Positions 1 to 12,437 of a stretch of 64,000 nucleotides of DNA are shown one piece after another. Every line of letters begins with the position of its first letter. Position 1 is the stretch's first letter. Under the pieces are notes generated by a model that was not told the origin of the DNA, did not search any database, and was given only the letters and a program-made list of their open reading frames with translations. Source of the stretch: Octopus vulgaris (taxonomy: Eukaryota); assembly GCA_951406725.2 (NCBI GenBank), contig OX597834.1, forward strand, positions 40,362,001 to 40,426,000, read 5' to 3'. The translations under genes and the position numbers were made by a program.

Positions 1-127
1 CTCGTTTGTGTATTGGCTCTACAGGGAAATCATTCATTTTGCATTACAGTCGACACACATCAGGCTCACAATGCACTATTGAGCTGCTTCTGGTGTGCTC
101 TAAGATATATATATATATACACACACA

Positions 128-164
<37 letters not shown>

Positions 165-409
165 ATTAGGGCTTAGTAAAATAAATTACTTTGCCACATA
201 CTGAACTAAGTAGAAATAGCAGCCAAAAAACATTTTTTTAGCCATTTCTACTACTTAAAGAAAATTTCTCTCAGATAATGTTTACTCCAGACAGCTCACG
301 GAGGTTTGGAGGTAAATACAGAAAAATATCACAAGTACATAGATCGTTTGAGTACGTCAACTGAACACTTGGTGAAATTGATTAATTAATTAATTTTACC
401 CTCAATTGT

Positions 410-466
<57 letters not shown>

Positions 467-670
467 AGTAGGTGAATGAATTATCCTATGTTTATCGTCA
501 GCATGGAAAATTCGTTTAACCGAAACCTGGGTAGCAAATTCACGTCAGAAAACACGGTTGAAGCGACCTGTCAAGGGTAGAAACTCCGGGTTCATGTGTA
601 GAAATTTGTGTGTTGTATATGAATAAATGAAAGAATGGAGTCGAACGAAGATGTTAACAAAATTCCTTTA

Positions 671-752
671 CTCTCGACACATGTTTCGAAGACAGCATAT
701 TTTCATTCCGAAGGAATAAAGGGTGCATTATGCAATCTTCTCATCAGGAAAG
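671..752 (-). ncRNA. Type I hammerhead ribozyme motif with intact core, probably in a Penelope-like repeat remnant
   Basis: Minus strand reads ctttc-CUGAUGA-GAAGAU...GUCUUC-GAAAC-AUGU-GUC-gagag. Stem I is ctttc/gagag, stem II is gaagat+gcata/tatgc+gtcttc with an inner hairpin, stem III is short, and the cleavage triplet is GUC. Confidence 0.8.
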
Positions 753-1015
753 AAAAGGAGCCTCTCTCACCAACAAGACAAACAAAAATTTCGATGATTG
801 CCTTACATATGCATACATATGCATACATATGTACATACATACATACACACACACACACACATCTATATATGTATGTATATATTATAGATATATATGTATA
901 GAGAGCTTTTCTAAAGAGATTATAATTGAAAAACGAAGGAAGCCAGATTTTTTTTCCTTCTTTCAAAAAATCACCATCTTTGATAATAAACGTTTCCATA
1001 TCTGAATACTATGAT

Positions 1016-1335
1016 GGCGCATGGCTTTGTGGTTAGGGTATTTGGCTCACGATCTTACGACCGTGAGTTCAATTCCCGGTGACGCGTCGTGTCCTTGAGC
1101 AAGACACTTTATTTCACGTTGCTCCAGTCCACTCAGCTGGCAAAAATGAGTAGTACCTGTATTTCAAAGGGCCAGCCTTGTCACAGTCTGTGTCATGCTG
1201 AATCTCCCTGAGAACTACGTTAAGGGTATCTGTGTCTGTGGAGTGCTCAGCCACTTGCACGTTAATCTCACGAGCAAGCTGTTCCGTTGATCATATCAAC
1301 TGGAACACTCATCATCGTAACCGACGGAGGACCAA
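1016..1335 (+). mobile_element. tRNA-derived SINE (family C) with a Deu/V-like central domain
   Basis: A-box-like TGGCTTTGTGGTTAGG and B-box GAGTTCAATTCC, then GTGTCCTTGAGCAAGACACTTTA...CTCCAGTCCACTCAGCTG. The 3' part is repeated at 1459-1592 and a related head lies at ~27145-27270. Confidence 0.75.
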
Positions 1336-1458
1336 TGCATTTGAGAGTACAAGGAGTCAAAGAATAATAAATTTGCATTAGCGAGTACATTAGCGAGTTA
1401 AAGAATGGTAAATGTAGGAGTATAGTGTGGGAGGGTATATAAGGTATATAAAGGGCTC

Positions 1459-1592
1459 AATCTCCCTGAGAGCTACATTGAGGGTACGGGTGTCTGTGGA
1501 GTGCTCAGCCACTTGCAAGTTAATTTTCACGAGCAGGCTGTTCCATTAATCGGTTCAACTAGAACCCTCGTCGTCGCAACCGACGGAGTGCC
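1459..1592 (+). mobile_element. 5'-truncated copy of the family C SINE 3' end
   Basis: AATCTCCCTGAG...GTGTCTGTGGAGTGCTCAGCCACTTGCA...ACCGACGGAG matches 1201-1329. Confidence 0.7.
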
Positions 1593-2004
1593 ATATGTCT
1601 GAATACAAAGGAAGGAACCGAAAAATGTTTTCACTCGCCATCGCACAAAATCCTTTGGAGTGAGAGAAAGCAGTTTTTCGACCGCCTTTCTTTCTCTGGG
1701 GTGGTCATTGAAGCACACGCAAGAATTGTGTTACTGAGACCTTAAAATAGAATTGTTCGAAATTAAATATTCTTGCAAATATTCAAATTGTTGAAATTAA
1801 ACGAAAACGAATTTCAACAATTTTTTTTTAAATTCTGTAGTTTCGGCTGGAAATAAAAGATAGGAGCAAGATTTATTATTTTTTTTATTTTTTTGGTTTG
1901 GATTTCTTCGTTTGTCTCTCCGTCATCATCATCATCATCATCATCATCATCGTATTCGTCGTCGTCGTCATCATCATCATCATCATCATCATCACCACCA
2001 CCAC

Positions 2005-2466
2005 CAAAATACATTTGCTGATTTCGAAAATCTGTTCGAAAGCAATAATAATTCTCTAAAAGAGATATAGACAGTAACTGCTCGATAACATAGAATTATT
2101 ATTGCTTTCGAACAGATTTTCGAAATCAGCAAATGTATTTTGCTTGAAAATCTATATATGAATATCCTGCAGAGTGAGAATTCGTCGAGGAAGCGGAAGC
2201 CTACCACACGCCGACGATAGGCAATACACCTTGAAACCATGGTCCGTGTGTGGTTTCCGCTTCATCGGGGAATTACCTCCCTTTGCAGGATAAGGACACC
2301 GTGACGGTGTCGAGCCTTTCTGGTGACGTCGATGTTCGCCTGGGGCTAAATGCAACAGTAACACCCCCACCACCCTGCCCTGTCCCTAGCCATATTCAGA
2401 TGGCTTTAGTCCCTTATGTTATCGAGCAGTTACTGTCTATATCTCTTTTAGAGAATTATTATTGCT
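2005..2466 (+). mobile_element. Retrozyme-like or Penelope-mobilised non-autonomous element: a 360-nt monomer with a 15-nt terminal direct repeat and an inverted 5' segment
   Basis: AGAATTATTATTGCT occurs at 2092-2106 and 2452-2466. 2005-2055 is the reverse complement of 2092-2142, and 2041-2092 is the reverse complement of 2415-2466. The unit contains a hammerhead motif. Confidence 0.7.
2163..2292 (+). ncRNA. Type I hammerhead ribozyme motif with a ~45-bp extended stem I (core variant CCGACGA)
   Basis: cacacg-CCGACGA-(t)agg-caataca-cct(t)-GAAAC-CATG-GTC-cgtgtg. Stem I continues as gaagcggaagcc/ggtttccgcttc, aattcgtcga/tcggggaatt and tatcctgcagag/ctttgcaggata. Stem III is the palindrome ACCATGGT. 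Confidence 0.7.
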
Positions 2467-3084
2467 ATATATATATACATATACATAAATATATATATGT
2501 GTGTGTGTGTGTTGTGTGTCTTGTACTCTATTTTTTCGTTGTTTAAGAAAAATGGCCATTTCCTTGGTTTTGTGTTTTATGTTTTCGCTTCTCATTGTGT
2601 TCGACGTTTTTTTGGTGTCCTGTACTCATATATGCATGTATATATACATATAGATGTAGGTACGTACATATATGTATGTATATATGCATATGTTTTATTT
2701 ATTATTTTGTTATATGATAGAACGCACGCATCCACTTCTAACTAAGCTTTATCTTAATATATATATATACATACATATATGCGTACTCGTGAACACACGG
2801 TTTTGGAAAGAAAACTATCGTAAAATTTTGTGAGTGGAGCGAGAGAACGAGATAAGAATTTGGCTTGTTATTTGTCAATAATTAGTTTTTGCTCCCAATT
2901 TGTTGTCGTCCTATTAATATTAATGTTTCGTTTCTTCTATGTTCTAAATTTTTCTAAATGTCTTCCATATTTTGAGGTTTACCTTCGAGTATTTCCTGAT
3001 TATCAGAAATGTCGAAATTGTCTAACGTTTATCAGTCTTGTGTGAGACGTTGCGTAATTTCCTCACACTGCAACGCAAGTCTAA

Positions 3085-3162
<78 letters not shown>

Positions 3163-3254
3163 GTCTATCTATCTATCTATCTATCTATCTAAATAGACGT
3201 AGACATATACATATTTATATTTATATACATATGTGTGTGCGCGTGTGTGTGTAT

Positions 3255-3295
<41 letters not shown>

Positions 3296-3433
3296 TATAT
3301 ATATATACGTGTGTGTAAATTTGGTAGATGGAAAGAGTGTGAGACTCCGTCGTACACACACATACACATACACACAAATGAATGTGTGTGGGGCGGGGTG
3401 AGTCTATTCATGTCTCTATAACATAGTGGTTCG

Positions 3434-3510
3434 TCAAACGAGACCGATACATATAGTACCAGTCTTTACCAAATAATAACAACAGCAACAACAGCAACAA
3501 CAACAGCAAC

Positions 3511-3575
<65 letters not shown>

Positions 3576-3668
3576 GTACTGGGGTCGATTCGTTCAACTA
3601 AAATTCTTCGAGACAGTGTCCCAGCATGGCCGCAGTTTAATGACTGAAACAAGTTAAAGATAAAAGAT
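3434..3668 (+). mobile_element. 3' part of a family B SINE with an expanded (CAA/TAA)n tract inside
   Basis: GAGACCGAT...AGTAC...[repeat]...AAGTACTGGGGTCGAT...CAGCATGGCCGCAGTTTAATGACTGAAACAAG matches the family B tail. Confidence 0.65.
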
Positions 3669-4030
<362 letters not shown>

Positions 4031-4293
4031 ATAGCGTGGCATAGCATAGCGTAACAAATATTTGGATCATGGGAATATCACAGAGGTGATAACTCAATGA
4101 ACCGTATTTTGTAATACATTCTAGATGTACGAATATTGATTTCTATGGAAGGTGTAAGGCTTATGTTAGATGTACAAATATTAAAAACGAATATTATTGC
4201 TTATTATTTTTTTCTCTATCGTCTTTCTTTTTTAAATTCTGTTTTGCTTGTTATATATTTTCAGATAACCAATAAATGTAAACAGATGGAAAG

Positions 4294-4331
<38 letters not shown>

Positions 4332-4691
4332 GTATATAGCTTCGAGTACAGAAACAGTTTCCAACGAATATGTATATTAACTGCTGAAAGGGACACCGCA
4401 TTTCTTTTTGCAACCATGATATATTACCTAGTACATTAAAGGTTCATAAGTCAATGCTGTGTACTACTCTGTGTTAGCAGTGCGTTGTTTTAGTTTTTGA
4501 AGTGTATCTCTTCAGATTTTCTATAGACTTTACAGCCGGCCCTGAAAGTTACGAAGTTTTGCACGAAACGGCGGCGAAACTTTCAGCGTTGGCTCTCAGT
4601 TCTGTAGAAATCTGCAAAGATGCACTTCAAAAATTAAAGCAAGTCACTGCTAGCACAAAGTGGACCACCGAAGATAGACAAATAGGTAATG

Positions 4692-4736
4692 AATGTATAT
4701 ACATATTTCGAGCATTGTTGCTCTTTCTTCAGCACC
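4692..4736 (-). ncRNA. Possible degenerate minimal hammerhead motif
   Basis: Minus strand reads ggtg-CUGAAGA-aa-GAGCA-acaa-UGCUC-GAAA-UAU-gu-AUA-U-A-catt. It has two extra A residues after the core and a weak stem I. Confidence 0.35.
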
Positions 4737-4857
4737 ACATCCAACTCACTAACTATCCACGAAGGTATTTAATAAGTAAATTGATCTATCAAATAGAGTT
4801 ACACCGCTGAACTAAATGTATTTATAGTTTAGAGTAACTTCTCAGATTAATGTGAAA

Positions 4858-5182
4858 TTGGAGTAAAGATTTTTGCCAACATAACATGGTAGTCCCGGCT
4901 TAGGACGAATGTTGCTGTAATTTAACCCCATCGTCTCCAGCTTACTCTACGACACGATGTGTGTCCTTATATTTTCGAACAAGGGAATCTAGCACCCCCA
5001 CTCAGCTCAAAACAATATCTGTGTATAATTGAGTGGGAGTGCTAGATTCCCTTGTTCGAAAATATAAGGACACAGATCGTGTCTTAAAATAAGCTGGAGA
5101 TATGTCTCCTGGGGCTAAATTACAGCAACATTCGTCCTAAACCAGGACTGCCGTGTTATGTTGGCAAAAATCTTTACTCCAA
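4858..5182. mobile_element. Foldback/MITE-like long inverted repeat (~145-bp arms)
   Basis: TTGGAGTAAAGATTTTTGCCAACATAAC...GAATCTAGCACCCCCACTCA is mirrored by TGAGTGGGAGTGCTAGATTC...GTTATGTTGGCAAAAATCTTTACTCCAA, with a ~25-nt spacer. Confidence 0.85.
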
Positions 5183-5275
5183 AGTACTGTTGCTGAATAC
5201 CTCATGTTGTGAGATTTAAAAATAGTAAGTTTCTAATGTAAAATTGTTTTTACTATTTCTAACCATAAATGAACA

Positions 5276-5640
5276 AGGCATGGTCGTGTGGTAAGAAGCT
5301 TGCTTCCCAACCACATGGTTCTGGGTTCAGTCCCACTGCGTGGCACCTTCGGCAAGTGTCTTCTACTATAGCCTCGGGCCGACAAAGCCTTCTGAGAGCA
5401 TTTGGTTGACGGAAACTGAAAGAAGCCCGTCGTATATATATGTATATATTTGTATGATTGTGTTTGTGTGTGTGTGTGTCTATCTGTCTTTCTCTCTGCC
5501 TGTTTGTGTGTGCCTGTGTTTATTCTTCTGCTATCGCTTAACAACCGATGCTGGTGTGTCTATCTCTCCGTAACTTAGCGGTTCGGCAAAAGTGACCAAT
5601 AGAACAAGTACTAGGATTACAAAAAAAATTAAGTCCTGGT
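5276..5640 (+). mobile_element. tRNA-derived SINE family B with a CORE-like motif and an internal microsatellite
   Basis: GTGTGGTAAGAAGCTTGCTTCCCAACCACATGGTTCTGGGTTCAGTCCCACTGCGTGGCACCTTCGGCAAGTG...GGAAACTGAAAGAAGCCCGTCG-(TA/TG)n-...GTAACTTAGCGGTTCGGCAAAAG; more than 12 related copies occur in the window. Confidence 0.85.
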
Positions 5641-6461
5641 CTATAGCCTCACATCCTATGTACTATTTATAATAGTCTGTATTGCAAAAGATACCAAAAT
5701 GGTAATGCTAGTAGCACTCAACCACCAGCACCATTCCCACCCACATCAGTTATCTAATCTACTGCCAACAACATCACCACAACCAGCGGCAGCATCACTA
5801 CCATCACCCTCATCACAACCATTCTCCCCACCGCCACTATCACTAATACCCACATCGTCACCACTGCCACTGCCACTCCCACCTCCACCGTCACAGTTGT
5901 TCTTCCTCCCGACACAGTCACTTCTACCCGTTATCCGCACCCCTCACCCCTCTATCACTCCAACCGCCTCCACCATCATCTCTCTTTCGCCACTATTTCT
6001 CCGGTCACCCTCATCGTCACTCCCCTCTATTCCCACCAAACACAACCATCACCCCCACCACTCCCCCCGCACCCCCACCACCACCAAAAACATCACCACC
6101 ACCACCAACAACAACAACTGCATCACCACCACCATTCACACACAACCACCACCACCGCCTCGCACAACCACTACAACCACCACTACTACCACCACCAAAA
6201 ACATCACCACCACCAGCAACAACAACAGCATCACCACCACCATTTACACACAACTACCACCACCGCCTCGCACAACTATTACCACCACCACTGCCACCAC
6301 CAATACCATCATCAACACCACCACCACCATCAACGGTACCTCATGTAATAATTACGTTTTCACAATGAGTCAGGGGGTTTCATTGAATAATGCTCATCAG
6401 TAAAAGTCGTCTCCTCAGCAAAGAACTCGGCGATTAACAGAAGCATTCAACACAATATTGG

Positions 6462-6536
<75 letters not shown>

Positions 6537-6602
6537 ACATACACACACACTTACAAAGACAACAGACACACATACATTTTCACCTCATTCATTGATCTCT
6601 TT

Positions 6603-6640
<38 letters not shown>

Positions 6641-6819
6641 GGTGGTGGTGGTGGTGGTGGTAGAAGGGAATGGAAAAAAAAGAAAAGCGTTGAATGAGCA
6701 GGTTCTCACCACTTTCTATGCCCTCCATTTTTTGCCCTTTCATTTTATATATTTTCTATCATATACATACATACATATGTATATATATGTATATATATGT
6801 ATATATATGTATATATATG

Positions 6820-6897
<78 letters not shown>

Positions 6898-7109
6898 GCA
6901 CACACTCATTGTGTGTTATATTCTTCAGGTGGCAGAAACACTCTCAAAACAGGTTGATTCTTTAACTTTAAACTTTTATATATTTTATGCTGTTTTATTT
7001 TTGTTTATTTTCAAATCCTTTTTTCATTATTTATTCTCAAATTAATTTTTTTCCCCTGTTTGTTTATGTATTTGTGCGTGTTTGATTTTGGTTTTGTTTT
7101 CTTTACTTA

Positions 7110-7587
<478 letters not shown>

Positions 7588-8649
7588 GCAAAAGAAGAAT
7601 TTATATTAATAAGAGCCCTAATAATAAAAATAATAATAGGAAAAAAATAAAACAGTAAGCAAAGGAAAAAAAGAAAATGAAAAAGGGACCTGAATAATCG
7701 CATGATCTCGTGATTTTCAGGGTGAAACGACGAAAAAGAGGAACGAAATTCCCGAGTATAAATAGAATGGTTGTGAGAGAAATGGAGAGAGATGAACGGG
7801 AGGGTGGTGGTGTTGGTGGTGGTGGGAATGGTAAGAGAGATGAAAACAGAACTTAAGGGGGCTGGAAGCTGTAGGATGCAGTGTATGTGTGTGTGTGTGT
7901 TTGTGTGTGTGTATGTATGTGTGCATATGTGTGTGTGTGTGTGTGTACCTGAGTGTATTATGTATGTATGCGTGTGTGTGTATATATATTTGTGTGTGTG
8001 CTTGAATGTATGTATGTATGTATGTATGTATGTATGTATGTATGTATGTACGTATGTATGTATGTATGTATATGTGCATATGTGTGTGCCTGGGTGCATG
8101 TATGTATATGTGCATATGCGTGTGTGTGTGTGTGTATCTGAGCATATTATGTATGTATTTATGCAGGTATGTATATATGTGTGTATAAACGTCTGTGTGT
8201 TTGTGTGTGTGTGTGTGTGTGCTTGCGTATGTATATGTGCATGTTTGTGTGTTTGCTTATGTTTGTTTTGTGTATGAGTATATATGTGTGTGTATGTGTA
8301 TACACCTGCGTGTCTGTATGTGAATTTATATATGCGTATAATAGTTAATACGTGTGCTTGTATGTGTATATCTGTGTGCATATGCGTATATGTTTGTGTG
8401 TTTGCACGCACGCGTGGGTGTATATGTGTATGTGAGTGTTTGTGCGCACGCGTGGGTGTATATGAGTGCGTGCTCGTGGTGGAGGAGGGACCCGGAAACA
8501 TGCAAACCTGATGAGAGAAGGGCAGGGAAGGAAAGGCGCGTGCAGAAAGATGTAATTGTAGTAAGTGAGAATAAGGGAGGTAATGAAGGAGAGGACGGAG
8601 AGGTAGTGACAGAGGGAGGGAGAGAGAGAGAAAAGAATTAAGGTAGATC

Positions 8650-8683
<34 letters not shown>

Positions 8684-8896
8684 GAGATAGAGAGAGAGAG
8701 AGAGTGAGAGAGGAGGGTGCGAGAGGAAGACGAAGTTTAAAGAGGAGAGTGATATGTAGAGAGGGAGGCAGAAGAGGAGAGAGGTCGAACAATAATTACA
8801 ATGACTTTAATAACAGCAAAAATACAAAACGCCATCGTTGAGTTTTAATGATGTTGTTGAAAGAGAAGAACAACAACACCAATAATAATATCAATG

Positions 8897-8947
<51 letters not shown>

Positions 8948-8954
8948 GCAACGA

Positions 8955-9013
<59 letters not shown>

Positions 9014-9502
9014 AGAAGAAGAAGAACAACAACAACAACAATAACGTCGGTGTGAGCGTCAATAGAAACGGTAACAAGAATAACAGCAACTTTAACAGCA
9101 AGAAACACATCATTATCAGCGACATCAACAACATTTACATCATCAATAAAAGAGAAAAAAAACAAGAGCCTACTGTTATAATAGTAACAATAATAAAAAG
9201 AATAACAATAACAACAACACCAGCAACAGTTACAGCAGCACCAAAAAAAACAAAAAAAAATAAAAACAATAACTGCTTCAGCTTTTGGCACAAAGCCAGC
9301 AATTCTAGGGGGCACGGGAGAAGTAGACTACATCAGCTTTACCATTTGTACTTGTTTGGTACTTTATTTTATCGATCGCCAAAAGTTGAAAGGCAAAGTT
9401 GATCTCGGGGGCGGATTTGAACTCAGAACCCAGAACGTTAAAGAGCCGAAACAAATCCTGCAAAACCTCATCAAAACAACAACAACGGCGATGATGCCGA
9501 AA

Positions 9503-9822
9503 GGAGTTGTTGTTTGTTCCTTCCCGAGCCATGCCTGGCTCATAAGGGCCCGGTGTCCCGGTTTTCACTGGCGTATAGGTTCCCCACCTGAACGGGACGC
9601 CGGTCTCTTCGCAAGTGAGCTGCTGGACGCAGGAGGAAAGAGTGTGACAACATTGTGGCGAAAGGGTCAGCAGAGGTTTGCCATTACCTTCTGCCGGAGC
9701 CGCGTGGAGCTTAGGTGTGTCACTCATAAACACACATACACACAAACATCGCCTGGTCTGAGATTCGAACCCACAATCCCTCGACCGCAAGTCCGCTGCT
9801 CTAACCATTAGGACGTGCCTCC
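9503..9822 (-). mobile_element. tRNA-derived SINE (family D) with a (CAA)n-type tail
   Basis: The minus strand starts GGAGGCACGTCCTAATGGTTAGAGCAGCGGACTTGCGGTCGAGGGATTGTGGGTTCGAATCTC (A and B boxes) and ends GGCTCGGGAAGGAACAAACAACAAC. Confidence 0.75.
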
Positions 9823-9869
9823 ATATCGAAATGTATTCAGCAACAACAATAACAACAACAAACCAGTAT

Positions 9870-10020
9870 ATAATCTTTTCTACTCTAGGCACAAGACCTG
9901 AAATTTTGAGAGGGGGGCAGTCGATTAGATCGACCCTAGTTCGCAGCTGGTACTTAATTTATCACCCTCGAAAGGATGAAAGGCAAAGTCGACCTCGGCG
10001 GAGTTTGAACTCAGCTCGCC
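9870..10020 (-). mobile_element. Family A SINE fragment (Nin/Deu-like domain, tail type 2)
   Basis: Reverse complement of GAGTTCAAACTCCGCCGAGGTCGACTTTGCCTTTCATCCTTTCG...TTTCAGGTCTTGTGCCTAGAGTAGAAAAGATTAT. A related fragment lies at ~9285-9450. Confidence 0.7.
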
Positions 10021-10058
10021 ACCCCATAACTAACTGCTGCCTATTATTCTATAACATG

Positions 10059-10245
10059 CAGGTGCAGACGTGGCTGTGTTGTAAGAAGCTTACTTCTCAA
10101 TCACATGGTTCCGGGTTCAGTCCCACTGCGTGGCACCTTGGGCGTGTTTCTTGTGCTACAGTCTCGGGCCGACCAAAGTTTTGTGGGTGGATTTGGTAGA
10201 CAGAAACTGAAAGAAGCCCGTCGTGTATATATATATACGTATACG

Positions 10246-10290
<45 letters not shown>

Positions 10291-10420
10291 CTTTGGATTT
10301 ATGTGTGTCCCCACCACCACCACCACCACTTGACAACCGGTGTTGGTGTGTTTACGTCCCCATAACTTAACAGTTCGGTAAAAGAGACCGATAAAATATG
10401 TACAAGGCTTAAAAAAATAA
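10059..10420 (+). mobile_element. Family B SINE
   Basis: Same head, internal (TA)(TG) tract and 3' module as the 5276 copy. Confidence 0.8.
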
Positions 10421-10995
10421 TTAGGACTGGCAGAATCGTAAACGTGCCAAACAAAACGCTTTAAGAGCAAGTCTTCTCGTTTTCCATGTTCTGTGTTCAA
10501 TTCCCACTGGGGTCAACTTTGCCCTTCATCTCCCTCAGGGATTGATAAAATACAGAACCAATAAAATCATGAATTATTGTAATCGACTAAACCCAACCAA
10601 ACCACTCCACGCGCTAAAAAATTACTGTCCTTGTGCGTAAATTAAAAAAGATTATTATTATTATTATTATTATTGATATTATTATTGATATTATTATTGA
10701 TATTATTATAGATATTATTATTGGCAGAATCGTTAGAGCGACGGAAAAAATGTCTTACAACATTTGTTCCGGCTCTTTACATCTTGGGTTCTAATGCCGC
10801 CGGAGGCAGCTAATTATGTCCGGATGGATCACCTGAGTGAACTCCTTACATGGATTGACGGCCACGTCCCAGGTTATTGTGGCCAGATTTGGTACACGCT
10901 TTATCATGGTGAGATTAATGATGAGCGTGATGATGACGGTGATGATTATGATGATGACGATGATGATGATGATAACGATGATGATGATGATGATG

Positions 10996-11042
<47 letters not shown>

Positions 11043-11582
11043 GACGGTGATGACAACTATACTGCTGTTACTGATGATAATGGTGGTGGTGGTGGTGGTG
11101 GTGATGATGACGATGATGACGATGACGATGATGACGATGATGACGATGATGATGATAATGATGATGATGATGATGATGATTATAACGGTGATGACAACTA
11201 TACTGCTGTTACTGATGATGATGGTGGTGGTGGTGGTGGTGGTGGTGGTGGTGGTGGTGGTGGTGGTGATGATGATGATGATGACAACGATGACGACTAT
11301 GACGATAGGTAGCGATCATCCATGCAGTGAAGAATCCAATTTCCATTCTGCAACGTCATTAGATTCGATGAACTGCTGAAGATGCAGAAGGTGCAGCAGA
11401 GTGGAAGCAGCTGGTGATGCAAAAGTGCCATCGTCAGACATTTGTTGGAAACGCAGTCGTCGTCGGTGAAAACAAGAGAGGAGCAGGCTCCAGGAAACAT
11501 TTCACCACCAATCTCATTATTGGAATATAGATATTTATTATGCCTTCTCTCTCCTTTTTTTTTCTCTCGCCCCGCTCTCCCT

Positions 11583-11694
<112 letters not shown>

Positions 11695-11850
11695 ACGTGA
11701 ACATATATATATATATATATATATAAGTTCGTAAGAAAATGCTTTCAGTCTCTCCTTCTTACACTATCTGTCTGTCTAACTGTCTCTCTGTCTCTCTGTC
11801 CATCTCTCTCTCTCTCTGTCTATCTCTCTATCTCTCTATCTCTCTATCTA

Positions 11851-11882
<32 letters not shown>

Positions 11883-11962
11883 TCTATCTATTTATCTCTC
11901 TATCTCTCTATCTCTCTGTCTATCTATCTGTCTGTCTATCTATCTATCTATCTATCTGTCTG

Positions 11963-12047
<85 letters not shown>

Positions 12048-12437
12048 GTCTATCTATTTGTCTGTGTGTCTATCAATAAATGAATACGTGATGGCTTTTT
12101 TAAAGTAAGTTTCAAAAATGTATTTCCGCTGTAAGACTTCAACTTATTTAGTATTATTCCTAAACCAAGGTGAGTTATATATATGTATTAGCAAAGATTA
12201 AAACAATGGCTCTATATCTTCGTTGTCTTAACTTCGTTAAATGTGTGACTTGGTAAAGAGATTCAACGCAACAATTCTTGAATTTTCAATTGTTACAGTC
12301 AAGACGAACTGGACTAACTACGGAATTTAACGGAGTTCGACGGTGAATTCCGAACGTAATTGTTTTAATTTAACACTCACTGACGTCTATGTATTGTATA
12401 TACTACACGTCCCCAATTTCTTTTCAACCACTTATGA

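Noticed and set aside
2290-2358. Possible exon after the acceptor-like CCTCCCTTTGCAG (DKDTVTVSSLSGDVDVRLGLNAT)
   Set aside because: The donor is weak, and the 'acceptor' is explained as the 3' strand of the hammerhead's extended stem I.
6370-6405. Minus-strand CUGAUGA...GAAAC
   Set aside because: No stem II closure, stem III or NUH triplet.
9760-9822. tRNA-like sequences at SINE heads
   Set aside because: They have A and B boxes but no complete cloverleaf and continue into SINE bodies, so they are not tRNA genes.
10800-10915. Possible short exon (YVRMDHLSELLTWIDGHVPGYCGQIWYTLYH followed by GTGAGA)
   Set aside because: No convincing acceptor, no recognisable protein family and no partner exons. 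RNA-seq would be needed.
11310-11530. GC-balanced island with short open frames
   Set aside because: No recognisable homology or splice structure.
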